In this document: positions 36,404-45,045 of the stretch, piece by piece
Layout: each line of letters starts with the position of its first letter
Position numbering within the stretch: position 1 is the first letter of the stretch
Virus record (IMG/VR): IMGVR_UViG_3300008255_000118
Location: 1-64,000 of that record
Length of the DNA stretch: 64,000 bases
Origin: a virus
Taxonomy: Duplodnaviria; Caudoviricetes
Strand: one strand, 5' to 3'
Translations under genes and position numbers: made by a program
The notes under the pieces: model-generated
What the model saw: only the letters and a program-made list of their open reading frames with translations
What the model was told of the DNA's origin: nothing
The model's database searches: none

Positions 36404-37156
36404 CTATTTCTTTAAATTTAATAAAGTGTAAAACTCTTCTCTGGTTTTCTGATCATCATAAAACTCCTTACTCAAAACTTGAGTAGCAGTATCACTACTT
36501 TCGTCCTTTACTCCCCTACAAGCTACACACATATGTTCTGCCTCTACCACAACAGCTACTCCCTTATTCCCTTTAGCTACTGAATCTAGATAATCATGTA
36601 TCTCCTGTGTTATGTTCTCTTGTACTGTTGGCTTTCGAGAAATATAGTCTACCACTCTATTAAACTTAGATAACCCTATCACTGTTTCTCCAGGAAGATA
36701 CCCTATATGAGCTCTTCCTGTAAATGGTAGATTGTGATGGGCACACATTGAATTAACTTTAATCCCTCTAACAACTACCATCCCTCTATACTTCCCATCA
36801 TTCTCAAAGTCAGTTACTTTTGGCGGATCTGAAAAGTCACTTCTTGCTAAGTCTTCTACCCATGCCCTAGCAACTCTTCTTGGGGTATCTGCCATATGTG
36901 GGCTCTTAGTCCAGTCATACCCTAGTACTCTTAAAAACTCGCCATAACATCTAGAGGCTAGATCAATAATTAACTCATTTGGCATTTCTGCAAAGCCTCT
37001 TATTGGGTTACCATACCTATCTAGTTCAATATCTACTATCTTAACATCATCAGGCAATGGCAGATCAGTCTCTGATAAGATCCACCCACTAGTTTCTGAC
37101 TCCCATTGATTTGTTGTGGTCATTGACCATATCTGATACACTTTTAGTTTTCTCAT
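36404..37156 (-). CDS. folE: GTP cyclohydrolase I
   Basis: DTPRRVA, SMCAHHNLPF.G, IGLSKFNR, VQE.IT, HMCVACRGV. Confidence 0.95.
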   Translation of the reverse strand: MRKLKVYQIWSMTTTNQWESETSGWILSETDLPLPDDVKIVDIELDRYGNPIRGFAEMPNELIIDLASRCYGEFLRVLGYDWTKSPHMADTPRRVARAWVEDLARSDFSDPPKVTDFENDGKYRGMVVVRGIKVNSMCAHHNLPFTGRAHIGYLPGETVIGLSKFNRVVDYISRKPTVQENITQEIHDYLDSVAKGNKGVAVVVEAEHMCVACRGVKDESSDTATQVLSKEFYDDQKTREEFYTLLNLKK

Positions 37157-37157
37157 C

Positions 37158-37925
37158 TTAAACTCCCCTTTTATTATTATAGGCTATAATATGTAATCTT
37201 TCTGTATAGTTATAGCCTTTGGCTACACAGTACTCCATTAATTTAACTCTCTTTGGTTCTAGTTCTTCTCTAGTCCCACCTGCTGGCATTAGATAGACAC
37301 TCTCTTTTCCTACCTCTAGAAACTCTAAAAGCTCTAAAAGCTCTAAAAGCTCTCTAGTTTCATCTAAAGTAGAAATTACTGGCTTAATCTGAAAACTATC
37401 ATGATAGTGTATCATCTCTTTCATCACGTGCCATTTCTTTCTATACTTTTCATGCTTAGTAATGTCTTTCCTAGTTACATCTCTACCTAATGGAGTAACT
37501 GTCCCTACTCTTGGCTTTGAGTTTCTAAACTTAGGGGATAGACTAATCATATCAGCTACTGTAGGAACAAATGCTGAACCTTCAGTTTCTATTGTAATAT
37601 AGTGTCCATAAGTCTTAGCTAAAAGACATAACTCTTGTAAAAGTTCTGGGTGCATAGTTGGAGAGCCCCCAGTTATCATTGTATGTCTAATATGCTCATT
37701 CTTTCTAAACATGTTCTCTATAACCTCTAAACTAATTGTTCCCTTCATTGGGTGCCAAGAGGTGTACCAAGAATCACAGAAATCAGTATCACTGAATTGA
37801 CATCTTAATACACAACCCGTAGTTCTTATAAGAATATGTGGTACTCCCATTAATTTGCCCTCTCCTTGTAAACAAGTATATAGCTCCTGTATTGGCTGTA
37901 TTTTACTATAGTCCATAAATTGCAC
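37158..37925 (-). CDS. queE: 7-carboxy-7-deazaguanine synthase (radical SAM)
   Basis: LQGEG, RTTGC.LRC.....FCDS, ITGGSP, ITIETEGS, SLSPK. Confidence 0.9.
   Translation of the reverse strand: MQFMDYSKIQPIQELYTCLQGEGKLMGVPHILIRTTGCVLRCQFSDTDFCDSWYTSWHPMKGTISLEVIENMFRKNEHIRHTMITGGSPTMHPELLQELCLLAKTYGHYITIETEGSAFVPTVADMISLSPKFRNSKPRVGTVTPLGRDVTRKDITKHEKYRKKWHVMKEMIHYHDSFQIKPVISTLDETRELLELLELLEFLEVGKESVYLMPAGGTREELEPKRVKLMEYCVAKGYNYTERLHIIAYNNKRGV
37323..37349. repeat. 9-bp in-frame tandem repeat x3
   Basis: ctctaaaag x3 giving LELLELLEL in QueE. Confidence 0.85.
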
Positions 37926-38469
37926 TTGTTTTAGGGGTTTCTTTGAATTCTACAGAAGTAACAGTCACTCCAAGTGGGAACATTTTCTTTTTAACTTCCT
38001 CGTATAACCATGCTGAGATATTCTCAGAAGTTGGTACAAAGTTTACAACTACTAAGCCTTCATAGATCTCTTGTACTGCTAAGGGCTCACTTTCATATAT
38101 TGAAGGGCTTAGATTAAGAAATGCCTTACTTCCCATATCATTCATAAACATATTACTTCTGTAATCATCTATCCTCTTTTCAGTAATTAAAGGGTATACA
38201 TATGATATAACTGGGTCATTGATATCCATTATCATCTTATGATCTAGAGTATCATCCACCCATTTCTTAAACCAACCTAGATGCTTGAAGTCAGTTACCA
38301 TACCATCTGTTAAGTAGTCTGCCTCTAATTTAATAATAACTTGGCCCTGATGCCCATGTAAGTGACGACAGACTAAACAGGTATCAACTGCATAGTCTGG
38401 GTTTAGTTTCTGGTTGTGTACTCTATGACCATAACAGAAATCAAAACTCTTTGTAATATTATGCTTCAT
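37906..38469 (-). CDS. queD: 6-carboxytetrahydropterin synthase
   Basis: F.YGHRV, CRHLHGH, MVTDF, LDHK, PTSEN, ETPKTSA. Confidence 0.93.
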   Translation of the reverse strand: MKHNITKSFDFCYGHRVHNQKLNPDYAVDTCLVCRHLHGHQGQVIIKLEADYLTDGMVTDFKHLGWFKKWVDDTLDHKMIMDINDPVISYVYPLITEKRIDDYRSNMFMNDMGSKAFLNLSPSIYESEPLAVQEIYEGLVVVNFVPTSENISAWLYEEVKKKMFPLGVTVTSVEFKETPKTSAIYGL

Positions 38470-39298
38470 TTCTAGAGTCGTTATTCATTAATATTTGATT
38501 TACACAAGCTGTAACATAGTCCCAATCCCTCTTTACTAAACCACTATCAGTCTTCTCTGCATATGGTGTTGGGTCTGCCCTATTTAGTTTCATGAAAGCC
38601 TCTACTCTCTCTACTGAAGATGCTGAAAAGAAATCTGAATACCACTTACCCGTAGCTGGGTCTTGTAATGGCTTATACGAAGTCATTGTTCTCTTATAAA
38701 CCTCATCAAAATCTAAGCCTAGAGTTTTACAACTTATCTCTCCATCTAATAGTATATCACCTTTATCTAACTCTAGATATGGAGTATAGTAAGATACATT
38801 TTCTGCATCCCAGTTGCCTAAGAGAAAAGCATGGTAATCAGCATCTCTGAATTCTTTACGACAATCAGGGTACACAGTAGCATCTCCACTATGTATTCCC
38901 ATTGCAATTGCTACTGGTGAACCAGTTTCTTGACTCCAAGATAAAGCTACTGCTTGTATAATAGAAGAAAATATTTTGTTCCTATTTGGCACCACAGTCA
39001 TTTTCATATTCTCCTGTTCATAGTGTCCTTCAGGCACTTCACTACCACCAGATACTAGAGATGAAGAAGTCAACAGATGCCCAATATCTAGACTTACAAT
39101 ATCATGTGAGATGATACCTTTAGTATTCAAGTTCAAAAACTCCACAAGGGATTTAGCTTTTTCAAGTTCTACAGAATGTTTTTGACCATAGTTAAATGAT
39201 AACAGTTTTACATCATACTCTCTTGCTAGTAAATGTACTAACAATGAACTACTGTCCATACCCCCTGATAATGACAGAACAACTCTCTTTTTACTCAT
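38459..39298 (-). CDS. queC: 7-cyano-7-deazaguanine synthase
   Basis: SLSGGMDS, FNYGQKH, VVPNRN, YPDCR, TMTSY. Confidence 0.93.
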   Translation of the reverse strand: MSKKRVVLSLSGGMDSSSLLVHLLAREYDVKLLSFNYGQKHSVELEKAKSLVEFLNLNTKGIISHDIVSLDIGHLLTSSSLVSGGSEVPEGHYEQENMKMTVVPNRNKIFSSIIQAVALSWSQETGSPVAIAMGIHSGDATVYPDCRKEFRDADYHAFLLGNWDAENVSYYTPYLELDKGDILLDGEISCKTLGLDFDEVYKRTMTSYKPLQDPATGKWYSDFFSASSVERVEAFMKLNRADPTPYAEKTDSGLVKRDWDYVTACVNQILMNNDSRNEA

Positions 39299-39405
39299 CT
39301 TTATTTATTTTTACTTTTATTAATTTAAACTCTCTAAACTCTATACTTCCACACCTAATTTAATAGTTGTTGGTCTGAGACTACACTTCAAATGTAATCT
39401 ACACA

Positions 39406-40326
39406 CTACTGCCCTAGTGTCTTTGTAGTCAAAATATTGACATCTATTAATTCTTTTGGTATTAAATCAAGTCTTGTAGAACGTACAGGGGTAATATCAA
39501 GAGACCCTCTTCTAGAATATAGTAGTGCTATCATACACTCATCTACTAGTTCTTGTTTGGTCATATCTATAAATAGTTTCTCACAACAAAACTCATGAAA
39601 CTCATCTAACATTCTTATTGAAACTACTTTCTTGAATAACTCAGTATAGTTTAGAAACATCATCCCTTTAAATAGGCCGAAGAAAGTACCAGTGTCTTTT
39701 TGTTTGGTATATCTACATCTAGATCTTAATATGTTTGTCTGTACTGTGGAGGTTGTATACAGTGGTGCTGGGAGAGCAATACTATAGTCTCTCTTAGCTG
39801 TATAGTCATCAAAGTCAGACAGTTTTGATATATTGATTGAATCCTCTAGATAGTTGTACTGTAACAGTGTGTTTGCTGATAGTCTATCATGATATTGATG
39901 AAAAGCTACATTAACATCTACCCCTAGTAACTTTGATAAATCTTGTTTAATCTGATTTTCATAGTTCATTTTAGCAAATAATAATGACTTGCCCATCTTA
40001 CACATATCAAATGTATTTAGATACAGTTTCATCGACTTTGATTCTACTATCCCTACACTATATGATGGGTAAACAAACTTTAGTGTACCAGCTATAGGAA
40101 AACCATTGTCTAGTAAGAATGTTGCTTCATGACAGTTCCATATGTCATATCCTTGGAACTCATTCCCCGTAATACCCCAGTCACCTCGTGCCTCTGCTCT
40201 AGGCATCATTACCAATAAAGAAGAATCAAAGTGATCTGTTTGTGTTTCATAGCTTCCAGAAGACCCTAGGTGTTTTGAAGCTATCTTATTAGTTTCCGAT
40301 TCGGAAATACTTCTCTCTTTTTTCAT
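39406..40326 (-). CDS. queF: NADPH-dependent preQ0 reductase, bimodular type
   Basis: QueF motif VESKSMKLYL, catalytic SRC, FHE, YSRRGSLDI.P.R. Confidence 0.9.
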   Translation of the reverse strand: MKKERSISESETNKIASKHLGSSGSYETQTDHFDSSLLVMMPRAEARGDWGITGNEFQGYDIWNCHEATFLLDNGFPIAGTLKFVYPSYSVGIVESKSMKLYLNTFDMCKMGKSLLFAKMNYENQIKQDLSKLLGVDVNVAFHQYHDRLSANTLLQYNYLEDSINISKLSDFDDYTAKRDYSIALPAPLYTTSTVQTNILRSRCRYTKQKDTGTFFGLFKGMMFLNYTELFKKVVSIRMLDEFHEFCCEKLFIDMTKQELVDECMIALLYSRRGSLDITPVRSTRLDLIPKELIDVNILTTKTLGQ

Positions 40327-40344
40327 ACTTTTAAAAATATTCTA

Positions 40345-40375
40345 TAAAATTATAAAATTTATACTTATCATCAAA
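40345..40375 (-). promoter_or_regulatory. promoter with embedded palindrome (copy 5), upstream of queF
   Basis: TTTG-N19-TAATTTTA; shares tataaaatttatacttatcatcaaactt (28 nt) with copy 1. Confidence 0.75.
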
Positions 40376-40393
40376 CTTATAATTAAGTTTTTT

Positions 40394-40672
40394 TTATAAT
40401 AAATCTCTATTTTTTAATTTCTGGAGATTGTCCTCTATAACCTCTTCTAGAGTAATCCCATAGTTTTCACCAATTGCTGAAATACACCAAAGTAGATCAC
40501 CGAGTTCACTCTTAAGATCTCTCTGTACTGTTCTGCCATCTACTTTCCTTATAATCTCTTTTGCAACCTCTCCAGTTTCCTCTGTTAGTTTTGCTAAAAG
40601 ATATAGTTCAGGGTTAGATGAGTATTTCTTTACCTTAGTTACTGTCTTTTGATATTCATTTATGTTTGTCAT
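40394..40672 (-). CDS. MazG-like nucleotide pyrophosphohydrolase
   Basis: KLTEETGEVA...ELGDLLW.....................NL.KL..R. Confidence 0.85.
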   Translation of the reverse strand: MTNINEYQKTVTKVKKYSSNPELYLLAKLTEETGEVAKEIIRKVDGRTVQRDLKSELGDLLWCISAIGENYGITLEEVIEDNLQKLKNRDLL

Positions 40673-40674
40673 AT

Positions 40675-41307
40675 CTATAGAATTATTCTACCACTGCTTA
40701 TCTCCTTCTTGTCACTCAGTCTTATTATCTTACTTTTTATTTTAGGTGCTAAGTCCTCTCTAACATCACCGAATACAGTATTCATAATAAATTCAATATT
40801 CTCCTCTAAGTCGGCAGAGGGCAAAGTAAAACATCTCTTCCCTAAGTTAGGGACTAAGTTTTGTGATAATATAAGATCAATAGCTAATCTAAAAGTCTCA
40901 TCTGTATCTCTTGTGCCATCTTTTTCTATAGGGGCTTTGATTGGGGCGTAGAAGATAAAGTCATACTCATGTAAGAAGCCTGCTGTCATTTGCCCAAACA
41001 ATTCTAGAGTTTCACTTGACACTTGATCTTTACTATGTAAAAACTGAGTATAGGCTAAACCATCCACTAGACATCTATCAGCTAATAAATTTGTTTTTAG
41101 TAAGTCTTTCATGTGAAAGGTTAGAACAAGCTCCTGTGTTATATTAAAGTCTTCACTCTTACCACAATTAATAGGTAGTCCCTTATCCTTAAGAGCTCTT
41201 GTGTTTGAATAAGAAACATGATAGTTCTCAAACTGTGGCTTCATGGCCAAACGATTGATTAATGTTGTCTTTCCAGTACTATGTGTACCTGTTAATACTA
41301 CTTTCAT
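40675..41307 (-). CDS. P-loop nucleotide kinase-like ATPase (AAA_28/NadR-like)
   Basis: VLTGTHSTGKTTL, DRCLVDGLAY, YDFIFY.P, DG.R. Confidence 0.75.
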   Translation of the reverse strand: MKVVLTGTHSTGKTTLINRLAMKPQFENYHVSYSNTRALKDKGLPINCGKSEDFNITQELVLTFHMKDLLKTNLLADRCLVDGLAYTQFLHSKDQVSSETLELFGQMTAGFLHEYDFIFYAPIKAPIEKDGTRDTDETFRLAIDLILSQNLVPNLGKRCFTLPSADLEENIEFIMNTVFGDVREDLAPKIKSKIIRLSDKKEISSGRIIL

Positions 41308-41311
41308 ATGT

Positions 41312-42106
41312 TTACAGTTTTACTAGTTTTCTAAAATATTTTGTATTCTTTAACACCAAGTGATACTGCTCAACTGTCATATCACACTTGATTAATTCAA
41401 ATAGTTTTGTTTTTGGCTTTTCAAGTAGTGGGATATAGTGCTCATAGTCTTTATTATCTAAGGACATCATAATTGGATTTGAGGTATCTAGAGATGTCAA
41501 GAAACTATATCTATCATCTCTATAGAAACTAAATTCTAGCGGGAGTGCACAGCCCAATAAGTGGTGTTCTACTTCATAGTCTATTATCTCTTCTTCTATC
41601 AGATAATTAATTAGGGCTACCCTGCCGAAAGCCCAAGATACTAATTTATTTGAATGGGGGAAGATTCTCTCATATAGAGAATAGTCAAACGGTATGGCAA
41701 CTCTCTCTATCCCTAATCTAATTAACTTCTCATAGCATTCAATTATCTCTAACACGGTTCTACCCTGTACTACCCCAATCTTTTCACTCTTAATATCTCT
41801 ATAGGTTCTTATCCACTTAGAGGCACTCCTTATAGTCCCTTTCATATCCTCTAGAACGTCAGGGATAATATATGACGTTGGCTTCAGTTGTTCTATCCAG
41901 TAAGCAAATCTTTCAGGACTAAAAGAAACTCCCAGTTCAAATATTGAATTATCAAGTAGAACTTCTCTTCCCATCTCTACAGACTTTTGAAAAAACTCAT
42001 AATATTTGGGATACTCTTCAAATAAATGTACTAGTGCATAGTCGTAATCATTGAATTTTCTGGATTCATCCAATAGACATATTGGTGATTCATGTGATAT
42101 TCTCAT
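41312..42106 (-). CDS. dpdA: TGT-fold transglycosylase, DpdA-like
   Basis: LLDNSIFE, IIPDV, IGVVQG, HHLLGC, SLDTS align with TGT/DpdA catalytic segments; no C-terminal Zn motif; next to the que genes. Confidence 0.7.
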   Translation of the reverse strand: MRISHESPICLLDESRKFNDYDYALVHLFEEYPKYYEFFQKSVEMGREVLLDNSIFELGVSFSPERFAYWIEQLKPTSYIIPDVLEDMKGTIRSASKWIRTYRDIKSEKIGVVQGRTVLEIIECYEKLIRLGIERVAIPFDYSLYERIFPHSNKLVSWAFGRVALINYLIEEEIIDYEVEHHLLGCALPLEFSFYRDDRYSFLTSLDTSNPIMMSLDNKDYEHYIPLLEKPKTKLFELIKCDMTVEQYHLVLKNTKYFRKLVKL

Positions 42107-42152
42107 TCTCTACTATTTTAAGTTTTGGTAAAAATATAAAAAATATACTTAA

Positions 42153-42641
42153 CTACAAAATTCTCATTACTCTTTTTAATGGTACAAGTAAAAACTTTTT
42201 CTTATCTCTTACTCTAACTGATAGAAGTGGGAGTTCATTCATCACCATAGAATTGTCAGCTATGTACCCAATAGAGTTAGAGCTATCTTCATTCTGTATT
42301 CTCACTTCAGAATCTCTATTGTAAAAGAATACTCTATCCCACTTCTCCAACTTGTCTTTCTGTGCTGAATCTCTATAACAAAATACTGGTTCTCCCCATT
42401 CAGGTATTATCCCTGAAAAGACTCTAAGGTATTCATCTTTACTACTAAAAATAGTTTCCAGTCTATTCTTACTACCAATATCTTCGATCTTCTTCTTTTT
42501 GCCTAACATTGCATTCTCCCAATAAGGAACATACTTTTTTTGAAAAATCTTTGTTCTGATTTCTGCACAGATATACTCCTTCTGTAGATTTTCAAAGAAC
42601 TCAAAGATAGATAAGTTCCTAGATGATTGGCTATTCTTCAT
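42153..42641 (-). CDS. hypothetical protein
   Basis: 162 aa ORF directly after primase. Confidence 0.6.
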   Translation of the reverse strand: MKNSQSSRNLSIFEFFENLQKEYICAEIRTKIFQKKYVPYWENAMLGKKKKIEDIGSKNRLETIFSSKDEYLRVFSGIIPEWGEPVFCYRDSAQKDKLEKWDRVFFYNRDSEVRIQNEDSSNSIGYIADNSMVMNELPLLSVRVRDKKKFLLVPLKRVMRIL

Positions 42642-43688
42642 TTATGTTATTTTTACACTTTTAATACTGTTTACTCTAAAACTCAATACTGTTTCAAGAT
42701 TCTCTAAAGTTAAGAAAATTTCTTGTCTATTCATGTCTCCTGGATCTTTTTCTCCTACTAACTTAGCAACAAATACTTTCTCAAACTCTAACATTAGATT
42801 GTAGCTATACTGTTTAATACTATCAATAGCATCAGGGTCATACATCAATATAACTGTCTTAACCCCTCTATCTCTTATCTTTCTTATCTGAATAGAGGAG
42901 ATTTTTTTTCCAAATGTACAGAGACACTTAACTTCATCAGTCTTATACAGTAGCATTTCTTTATCCATATTAGTTTTATCTAGTATTCCCTCTACTAAAA
43001 TTACTGTCTGTGTCTTGTCTGTTACTTCGTCAATCCCATATAAAGCTTCTGAAAACTCTACTCCCCCTTCATTCTTATACTTAGGGAGAGGCCTTAGCCC
43101 CTGTATCTCTCTCTCTTGATTTATCACTCTATACTTCTCTCTACTGAAATCAATTCTAGCAACATAACCTTTGTTCTCACCATCTTCAATAACTAAAAAG
43201 ATAACATAGTTTCTTAGTTTAGTCTCTATTTTAGACCTCCCAACATTATATCTCTCAAAACTCTCCTTATCAAAACCTCTAGAGGATAGATATCCATCCT
43301 CATATACTCTTCTATATCCCATTGGTGGGTATCTCTTCTTTAAAAGATGCTCAATCTTCTCTTCTTTTTCTTTGATCTTTAACTTACTTAAAGTGCCCAG
43401 GTCTTCACGATACTCATACTCTGTAATCAAATCATCTCTGCCCATAGCCTTAAATAATGCTTTCTCAGATCCCTTAAACCCACATGAACCATGAAAGCAA
43501 TGTATACTAACATGATTCTTATACTCTCCTTCTCTGTTCTCATTTAGCTTTACACCAAACTTATCACTCTTGCCACACTTAGGGCACTTAGATCCCATAT
43601 ACCATCCCTTAGCTGTTCTATTTCTGTGTGATAGATTTAACAGGTTCAGTACCTTCTCTTGTGTAGTAGTAACATCACTCATACCCAA
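42642..43688 (-). CDS. dnaG: DNA primase (Zn finger plus TOPRIM)
   Basis: CPKC...HC...C Zn domain; ILVEG.LD, MYDPDA, KDPGDM. Confidence 0.85.
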   Translation of the reverse strand: MGMSDVTTTQEKVLNLLNLSHRNRTAKGWYMGSKCPKCGKSDKFGVKLNENREGEYKNHVSIHCFHGSCGFKGSEKALFKAMGRDDLITEYEYREDLGTLSKLKIKEKEEKIEHLLKKRYPPMGYRRVYEDGYLSSRGFDKESFERYNVGRSKIETKLRNYVIFLVIEDGENKGYVARIDFSREKYRVINQEREIQGLRPLPKYKNEGGVEFSEALYGIDEVTDKTQTVILVEGILDKTNMDKEMLLYKTDEVKCLCTFGKKISSIQIRKIRDRGVKTVILMYDPDAIDSIKQYSYNLMLEFEKVFVAKLVGEKDPGDMNRQEIFLTLENLETVLSFRVNSIKSVKIT

Positions 43689-45024
43689 AAGCCTTTACTG
43701 ATCTAATATGGTCGTAAAATCTCTCTCTACTATAGAGAGTAAATATTGGGATGACTCTCTTTAACAACTTATACTTTCTTGTTTTGTCACCATACAATCT
43801 AATAATACCCTCTTCATACTCATCCCGAGTTTGATTTAAGGTAACAAAGTATGAAAATGGCTTTAATAGCCCCTTAAACTCTGAAATATGATATCTAGTT
43901 AAAACAAACTCAGGATCATCAGAGTCCTTGTTATCTACTGTAGTTGATTGAGTAGCTGTGAAACCTGCTAAATTAAATTCTACAGCTATATTCTTGAATT
44001 CATTTGATACAGCTGTTCTTCTAGCTCTCTCACCTTCATTACTTGTATCATATCTCTTCCCATTCCCTGGGTCAGCTAATTCTATATAGTCTAAAATTAA
44101 GGCATCTATACTCCCTAACTCAACTACTAGTGATCTAATCTCTAGCATTGTAGCCGAGTTAAACTGTGAGTAACCCTTTACAAAGATCTCTCCACCTAAA
44201 TTGCTAATATAGCTACACCCTTTTTTAATTGACTCTACTGTCTTATCTGAAAAAATCCCTGACTCTAAGTCTGAAATAGTAGAACCTGTTATCCCAGCAT
44301 CATAGGCATCTAGTGCCTCTGTTTCTGATCCCTCTAGCTGTATATGTAACACTCTAAACCCTCTTCTGGATAGTGATATGCCAACCCACTTTAGTAACTT
44401 GCTCTTACCTATTCCTGAGCCAGCCATAAAACAAGCAGTATCCCCTCTGTCTACTCCACCACCTATTTGAACATCTAAGGGAGTTATACCTGTTGGTAAC
44501 TTTCTCTGAACTTTTACATTCTCTTTCTCCTTAGCTTCTTCTCTTCTTTTAAGAAGTCTGTCTACAAGAGAGGCAAAAACTTCAGTATGACCTACGGCTT
44601 TCTTAATAGAAAAGTTATCAAGTTCCTCATAAGCGGATTTTAATAATTCTATCGCTTGATTTTTCTCACCTTTCTGATATAACTCGCCAATCTTATCATA
44701 ACTATCTATGAATAGATTTAATCTAATAAACTCTCTTAGCTGCTCTACAGCTTCATCTTGATTGATTAAATCAGCTGACTTTATTTTAGAGAGTACTGTT
44801 TGTACTTTCTCTTGCATTTGAAACTTCTGTGAGAGAATCCCTACTGAAATACAACTATTATTTAGTTCATAGTAGTTCAAAATAGCTTGCCAAACTAGCT
44901 TATACTCTTCACCTGGTAAATACTGATACTTAAGATAATCTCTAGCTAAAACTAGAACTTCTGGCTTTTTTAAACAAATTTTGAACAGCTCATGTAGAAA
45001 ATCTTTACTTAACTCTTTACTCAT
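43675..45024 (-). CDS. dnaB: replicative DnaB-like helicase
   Basis: AGSGIGKS, IQLE, LILDYIEL, TATQS. Confidence 0.85.
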   Translation of the reverse strand: MSKELSKDFLHELFKICLKKPEVLVLARDYLKYQYLPGEEYKLVWQAILNYYELNNSCISVGILSQKFQMQEKVQTVLSKIKSADLINQDEAVEQLREFIRLNLFIDSYDKIGELYQKGEKNQAIELLKSAYEELDNFSIKKAVGHTEVFASLVDRLLKRREEAKEKENVKVQRKLPTGITPLDVQIGGGVDRGDTACFMAGSGIGKSKLLKWVGISLSRRGFRVLHIQLEGSETEALDAYDAGITGSTISDLESGIFSDKTVESIKKGCSYISNLGGEIFVKGYSQFNSATMLEIRSLVVELGSIDALILDYIELADPGNGKRYDTSNEGERARRTAVSNEFKNIAVEFNLAGFTATQSTTVDNKDSDDPEFVLTRYHISEFKGLLKPFSYFVTLNQTRDEYEEGIIRLYGDKTRKYKLLKRVIPIFTLYSRERFYDHIRSVKAFGYE

Positions 45025-45045
45025 TTTACGATTCTGATATTACGA

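Noticed and set aside
7840-39350. Isolated AAGTATA half-sites (about 7845, 11888, 39345) as extra operators
   Set aside because: An AT-rich 7-mer is expected many times by chance in this sequence, and these lack the second half-site and promoter boxes
39310-39405. preQ1 riboswitch between queF and queC
   Set aside because: There is a hairpin (AGATTACA/TGTAGTCT) and an AACAACTA tail, but the loop lacks the preQ1-I G-UUC...C pattern; probably a simple hairpin
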